Source of the DNA: Candidatus Bathyarchaeota archaeon
Lineage (GTDB): Archaea > Thermoproteota > Bathyarchaeia > Bathyarchaeales > Bathycorpusculaceae
DNA length: 64,000 bases
Reading direction: 5' to 3'
NCBI GenBank assembly: GCA_963775465.1
Contig: CAVZIW010000013.1
Location: 32,001-96,000 of the forward strand
Part shown: positions 59,986-64,000 of the stretch, piece by piece
How positions within the stretch are numbered: the stretch's first letter is position 1
How the letters are laid out: each line of letters starts with the position of its first letter
Translations under genes and position numbers: made by a program
Notes under the pieces: generated by a model
The model's database searches: none
What the model saw: the letters and a program-made list of their open reading frames with translations, nothing else
What the model was told of the DNA's origin: nothing

Positions 59986-61041
59986 CTAAAACAGTGCATA
60001 GGGGAAACGTTGGCTGTTTTGGTACAGTTTTCCTTTTATTGGAATTTGGTGTCCGCAGACATGGCATTTCATGTCTTTAGTGAGGTTCCATGCAGTAATG
60101 TCAAAGGCTTCGCGTTTGATGACTGCTGTATCACAGTTGGGGCAGTAGGTGTTCTCGCCTGGATGACCGGGAACATTGCCGACATAGACATAGTGCAAGC
60201 CTTGGTTTTTAGCAGTCAACAATGCTCTCTCCATTTCTTTCACGCTTGTTGCAGGAATTGTAGTCATCTTATATTCTGGATGAAAACGCAGAAGATGTAA
60301 AGGTGTGTCCGCTCCAAGATAGTTTTTAACCCATTTGGCGAGTTCGCGGATGTGATCCATCGAATCGCCTGATTTGGGGACTACAAGATTTGTTAGTTCA
60401 ATATGAACTCTTTGGAGTTTGAACTCCTTTAAGCTCTCGAAGATTGGCTCAACGTTTGGCACCGACATGTTGGATTTGTAAAAGTTGGGATCACCGCCAC
60501 CTTTGAAATCAACCGTAACAGCATCTAAATACGGAGCGATAGTCTTGACCGCCTCTGTAGTCATATATCCGTTTGTTACAAAAGTGTTAAACAAACCTGC
60601 ATCTTTGGCGAGTTTAGCAGTATCGTAAGCATATTCCATAAATATTGTTGGTTCAGTGTAGGTGTAGCTAATGCCTTGACAACCCGATTTCAACGCTGCT
60701 TTAACTACCTCTTCAGGCGGGAAAGTTTTCCCAGCAATTTCTCGGTCTTGGCTTATCATCCAGTTGTCGCAGAATTGGCAGCGGAAATTGCAACCAGCGG
60801 CAGCAATTGACAAGACCAACGCTCCAGGATTGAAATGTGACAACGGTTTTTTACTGATGGGGTCAACACCTGCAGACACGGCTTTACCGTAGTTTAATGA
60901 ATAGAGGGTTCCACCTTCGTTTTTACGAACCAAACAAAAACCTGTAGAATCAACGCTAATCAAACAGCGACGAGCACAGAGGCAACATTTTACTTTGCCC
61001 TCGCCTTGGCGCTCGTAGAGCATAGCTTCATGCAACGACAT
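59986..61041 (-). CDS. AmmeMemoRadiSam-type radical SAM enzyme
   Basis: N-terminal CxxCxxxC..GFC.VR, GCNFRCQFC.NW.ISQ, YTYTEP, FHP.Y, YVGNV, TYCPNC. Confidence 0.88.
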   Translation of the reverse strand: MSLHEAMLYERQGEGKVKCCLCARRCLISVDSTGFCLVRKNEGGTLYSLNYGKAVSAGVDPISKKPLSHFNPGALVLSIAAAGCNFRCQFCDNWMISQDREIAGKTFPPEEVVKAALKSGCQGISYTYTEPTIFMEYAYDTAKLAKDAGLFNTFVTNGYMTTEAVKTIAPYLDAVTVDFKGGGDPNFYKSNMSVPNVEPIFESLKEFKLQRVHIELTNLVVPKSGDSMDHIRELAKWVKNYLGADTPLHLLRFHPEYKMTTIPATSVKEMERALLTAKNQGLHYVYVGNVPGHPGENTYCPNCDTAVIKREAFDITAWNLTKDMKCHVCGHQIPIKGKLYQNSQRFPYALF

Positions 61042-61151
61042 GATTATACCACAAGAGAAGAAGGAGAATTGCATTTAAAAGCATTAACTTCACAAGCCTG
61101 TTTATTCTAAAATTAAAAAGAACATGTTGAGTTCTATGACCAGAATTGGGT

Positions 61152-61484
61152 TTAGAGCATCTTATTGAAGAAGCAGGTTTTTTCTCCAGTATGGCACACA
61201 GCACCAGTCTGATCAACAATGTAAAGCAAAGCATCGTAGTCACAGTCTGTTGAGACAGAGATGATTTTTTGGGTGTGACCTGAGGTTTCGCCTTTAACCC
61301 AAAGTTCATTTCGAGAACGACTCCAATAAGTGCCTTTCTTAGTCTTAAGAGTTAATTCCACAGCTTCTCTGTTCGCATAAGCAAGCATCAACATCTCCTT
61401 AGTTTTAGCATCTTGAACAACCACGGGAATAAGCCCGTTGCCTTTTTTGAAGTCTAATTTTTCAAGCAGTTCTTCATATGTCAT
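61152..61484 (-). CDS. hisI: Phosphoribosyl-AMP cyclohydrolase
   Basis: [29 protein letters not shown]. Confidence 0.95.
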   Translation of the reverse strand: MTYEELLEKLDFKKGNGLIPVVVQDAKTKEMLMLAYANREAVELTLKTKKGTYWSRSRNELWVKGETSGHTQKIISVSTDCDYDALLYIVDQTGAVCHTGEKTCFFNKML

Positions 61485-62284
61485 ATTCGAATAGTCACCC
61501 CCATCATACGCAAATAATCTTTCACAACAGGAACAGGATAACTCTTATAGTGAAAAATCGAAGCCGCCAAAGCAGCATCAGCCTTACCATCGGTTAACAC
61601 ATCAAAGAGGTGTTTTGGAATTCCTGCGCCTCCACTTGCAATGATGGGCACATTTACTCGTTCGGAAATCGCACGAGTTAGCTCTATATCGTAACCATCT
61701 TTTGTGCCATCCTTATCCATCGAAGTTACCAAGAACTCACCCGCCCCAAGCTTCTCAGCCTCCATAGCCCAGGCAACCGCATCCATCCCTGTAGGTTTCC
61801 TGCCGCCATATGTGACAACTTCAAACCATAATTTGCCTTCGCCTGTTTCAACCATAATCTTGTTCTCGCTTGATATCTTGTTGCGCCTAGCGTCAATGGC
61901 TACGACTACGCATTGTCTGCCGAAAACATCCGCCAGTTCTGTGATTAATTTGGGATTTTCAACTGCTGCAGTATTAACTGAAACTTTGTCAGCACCACTG
62001 CACAAAATTAGTCTTGCATCCCCCACATTGCGAATCCCCCCGCCTACAGTAAAAGGGATACTTATTGCTTTGGCTACACCTTCAACAACCCCACGCAAGA
62101 TGTCCCTTTTCTCAGAAGATGCCGTTATGTCAAGAAAAACCAGTTCATCAGCACCTTCGTCAGAATAACGCTTTGCCATCTCAACGGGGTCGCCCGCACA
62201 TTTCGGGTTAAGAAAGTTTATGCATTTGACAACTTTACCATGATCTACATCCAGACACGGCACTATACGCTTTGCTAAAGGCAT
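61481..62284 (-). CDS. hisF: Imidazole glycerol phosphate synthase, cyclase subunit
   Basis: [36 protein letters not shown]. Confidence 0.96.
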   Translation of the reverse strand: MPLAKRIVPCLDVDHGKVVKCINFLNPKCAGDPVEMAKRYSDEGADELVFLDITASSEKRDILRGVVEGVAKAISIPFTVGGGIRNVGDARLILCSGADKVSVNTAAVENPKLITELADVFGRQCVVVAIDARRNKISSENKIMVETGEGKLWFEVVTYGGRKPTGMDAVAWAMEAEKLGAGEFLVTSMDKDGTKDGYDIELTRAISERVNVPIIASGGAGIPKHLFDVLTDGKADAALAASIFHYKSYPVPVVKDYLRMMGVTIRI

Positions 62285-62287
62285 AAT

Positions 62288-63013
62288 TTAAGCTCCTATC
62301 TTTTGAATAGCTTCCTTTAATGTGAATCGACCTTCATAGAGAGCTTTACCAATGACTGAACCGTCCATACCGATTTCTTTAAGAGCAGCCAAATCGCCGA
62401 TACTTCCGATTCCTCCTGCTGCGATAATTTTCGCGCCTGGATAAAGAGCAGCTGTACTGAGCGTTTGAAGGTCTGGACCACTTAGCATGCCATCTTGTGC
62501 AATAGAAGTAATCAAGAATTGGTGAACACCAAGAGCAGAGTATTTTTCTAGTGCGTTATCCACAGTCATTGTAGTTGAGGTTTGCCAACCTTCAACCATA
62601 ATATATCCTTCCTTGTTATCTAAAGCAACAATGACAGAGTCTAAACCGAATTTCTGTTGAATTTTTTTAATCACTTCAGGATCGCTGAAAGCCAAGGCGC
62701 CAAGAATAACTTGCGTTATACCTGATTGGAAAAGTTTCTCAGCTATTTCAAAGCTGCGAATTCCGCCTCCGACTTGAATTGGCAAGGAAACATTCTTTGC
62801 AACTTCAGCTATGGTAACTTGGTTTTGGCCGATTCCAAAAGCTGCATCCAAATCGATAATGTGCAACTTGCCTGCACCTTCATCGTGCCACCGCTTTGCT
62901 GCTTCAAGTGGGGTACCAAATTGTTTTTCATAGCTTTTTACGGTTTTGGCCTCTCCACGAGTTAAGCGGACGATTTTGCCGTTCATTAAATCTATTGCTG
63001 GAATTAACTGCAT
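62288..63013 (-). CDS. hisA: ProFAR isomerase
   Basis: IPAIDL..GK.VRL, HIIDLD, QVGGGIRS, DGMLSG, GKALYEG. Confidence 0.95.
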   Translation of the reverse strand: MQLIPAIDLMNGKIVRLTRGEAKTVKSYEKQFGTPLEAAKRWHDEGAGKLHIIDLDAAFGIGQNQVTIAEVAKNVSLPIQVGGGIRSFEIAEKLFQSGITQVILGALAFSDPEVIKKIQQKFGLDSVIVALDNKEGYIMVEGWQTSTTMTVDNALEKYSALGVHQFLITSIAQDGMLSGPDLQTLSTAALYPGAKIIAAGGIGSIGDLAALKEIGMDGSVIGKALYEGRFTLKEAIQKIGA

Positions 63014-63017
63014 AAAC

Positions 63018-63626
63018 TCACTTCACTATGATTTTTGCAAAGTTACTTAGAATTTTAAGACCCACGTCACCGGATTTTTCTGGGTGAAACTGGGTTCCGT
63101 AAATGTTTTTATTGGCAACCGCAGAGGTGAATCTTGTTCCGTACTGAGTTGTTGTGCAAACTATTTCTTTTTCCTTGGGCTCTGGATAGAGGGAGTGAAC
63201 GAAATAAACGTAAGTACAATCTGCTATACCGTCGAAAAGTTCGGTTGATTTGACGATTTCTAAAGTATTCCAACCCATGTGTGGTACCTTAACCGTTTTA
63301 GGCAACTGCATATTTCTGCCCTCAAACAGAGCTAAACCTATTCCGGGTCCTTCCTCGCTAGATTCAAAGAAAAGCTGCAAGCCCAAGCAGATGCCAAGTA
63401 ATGGTATACCCTCACTGATTTTTGTTTGGAGCACTTCCTTGACTAAATCCAGCTTTGAAGCGGCTGCGGTAAAGCTTCCAACTCCTGGTAGGGCAATGGC
63501 ATCAGCTTTTGCGAGGTCTCGCCATGTAGTTCCAATTGACGCCGCTAAACCAGCTTTTTCCAACGCGGTTTTAAGGCTAAGGAGGTTTCCCACACCATAA
63601 TCAAAAATGACTACTTCGGGCATCAA
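63018..63626 (-). CDS. hisH: IGP synthase glutaminase subunit
   Basis: DYGVGN, LPGVG, GICLGLQ, PHMGWN, QFHPEKS. Confidence 0.96.
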   Translation of the reverse strand: MMPEVVIFDYGVGNLLSLKTALEKAGLAASIGTTWRDLAKADAIALPGVGSFTAAASKLDLVKEVLQTKISEGIPLLGICLGLQLFFESSEEGPGIGLALFEGRNMQLPKTVKVPHMGWNTLEIVKSTELFDGIADCTYVYFVHSLYPEPKEKEIVCTTTQYGTRFTSAVANKNIYGTQFHPEKSGDVGLKILSNFAKIIVK

Positions 63627-64000
63627 ATAACTCCTTTGGAACTGGGGACACCTTTACGCCTAGAATCAACAGCTATAGCCTGACGAAGTGACAGCGCAAA
63701 AGCTTTAGTGGCAGCTTCCGCTTTGTGGTGATCATTGCTTCCGTACTCAACAAAAACATGCACGTTCGCCTGCAACGACTGCGACAGGGATTCAAAGAAG
63801 TGCACGATATCTTCAGTCGGCATGTCTTCTACTTTTTTCCCGCGGAGTTTAAGGTCAATTTTGAAGTATGGACGTTTAACAAGGTCAACTGCTCCAAAAG
63901 CAAGTGAACAATCCATTGGTGCAGCGGCGTTGCCAAAACGCATAATTCCTTCACGGGTGCCCAACGCTTTATTAAGCGCCTCACCTAAACCAATTGCGAG
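63623..64000 (-). CDS. hisB: Imidazoleglycerol-phosphate dehydratase (5' part outside window)
   Basis: GIMRFG, PMD, G.NDHHKAEA.TKA, VPSSKGVI. Confidence 0.93.
   Translation of the reverse strand, partial: LAIGLGEALNKALGTREGIMRFGNAAAPMDCSLAFGAVDLVKRPYFKIDLKLRGKKVEDMPTEDIVHFFESLSQSLQANVHVFVEYGSNDHHKAEAATKAFALSLRQAIAVDSRRKGVPSSKGVI

Overview
Archaeal chromosomal window, most consistent with Bathyarchaeia. This is inferred from the TACK-type informational genes (Cdc48, aEF-1beta, FEN1, archease, arcadin-1, an Elf1-like gene), tungsten AOR, ADP-forming acyl-CoA synthetase and many membrane-anchored hypotheticals. About 0-28 kb and 42-64 kb are housekeeping: aminotransferases, adk, PadR/ABC-2 exporter, RtcA/RtcB/archease, Trm5, glmS, proS, a GH57/GT4 cluster, tldD/E, EndoQ, hypA/mrp, gap-pgk, acdA and his genes. 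An AT-rich, gene-sparse accessory region (about 28.3-36.6 kb) ends at a tRNA-Gly(TCC) with an acceptor-stem mismatch. The region and its flank hold several Zn-finger microproteins missed by the ORF track, an Elf1 paralog, two Cren7-like Zn ribbons and candidate structured RNAs, one with two mutually exclusive folds. Best leads: the 31.2 kb switch-like RNA, the tRNA-overlapping integrase-N-like relic with its chromatin/transcription microproteins, an orphan arcadin-1, a glmS-divergent regulator with a palindromic operator, and a half-GT-B pseudoenzyme. All family calls come from motif recognition by eye; no searches were run. No CRISPR array or intact integrase/transposase was seen.
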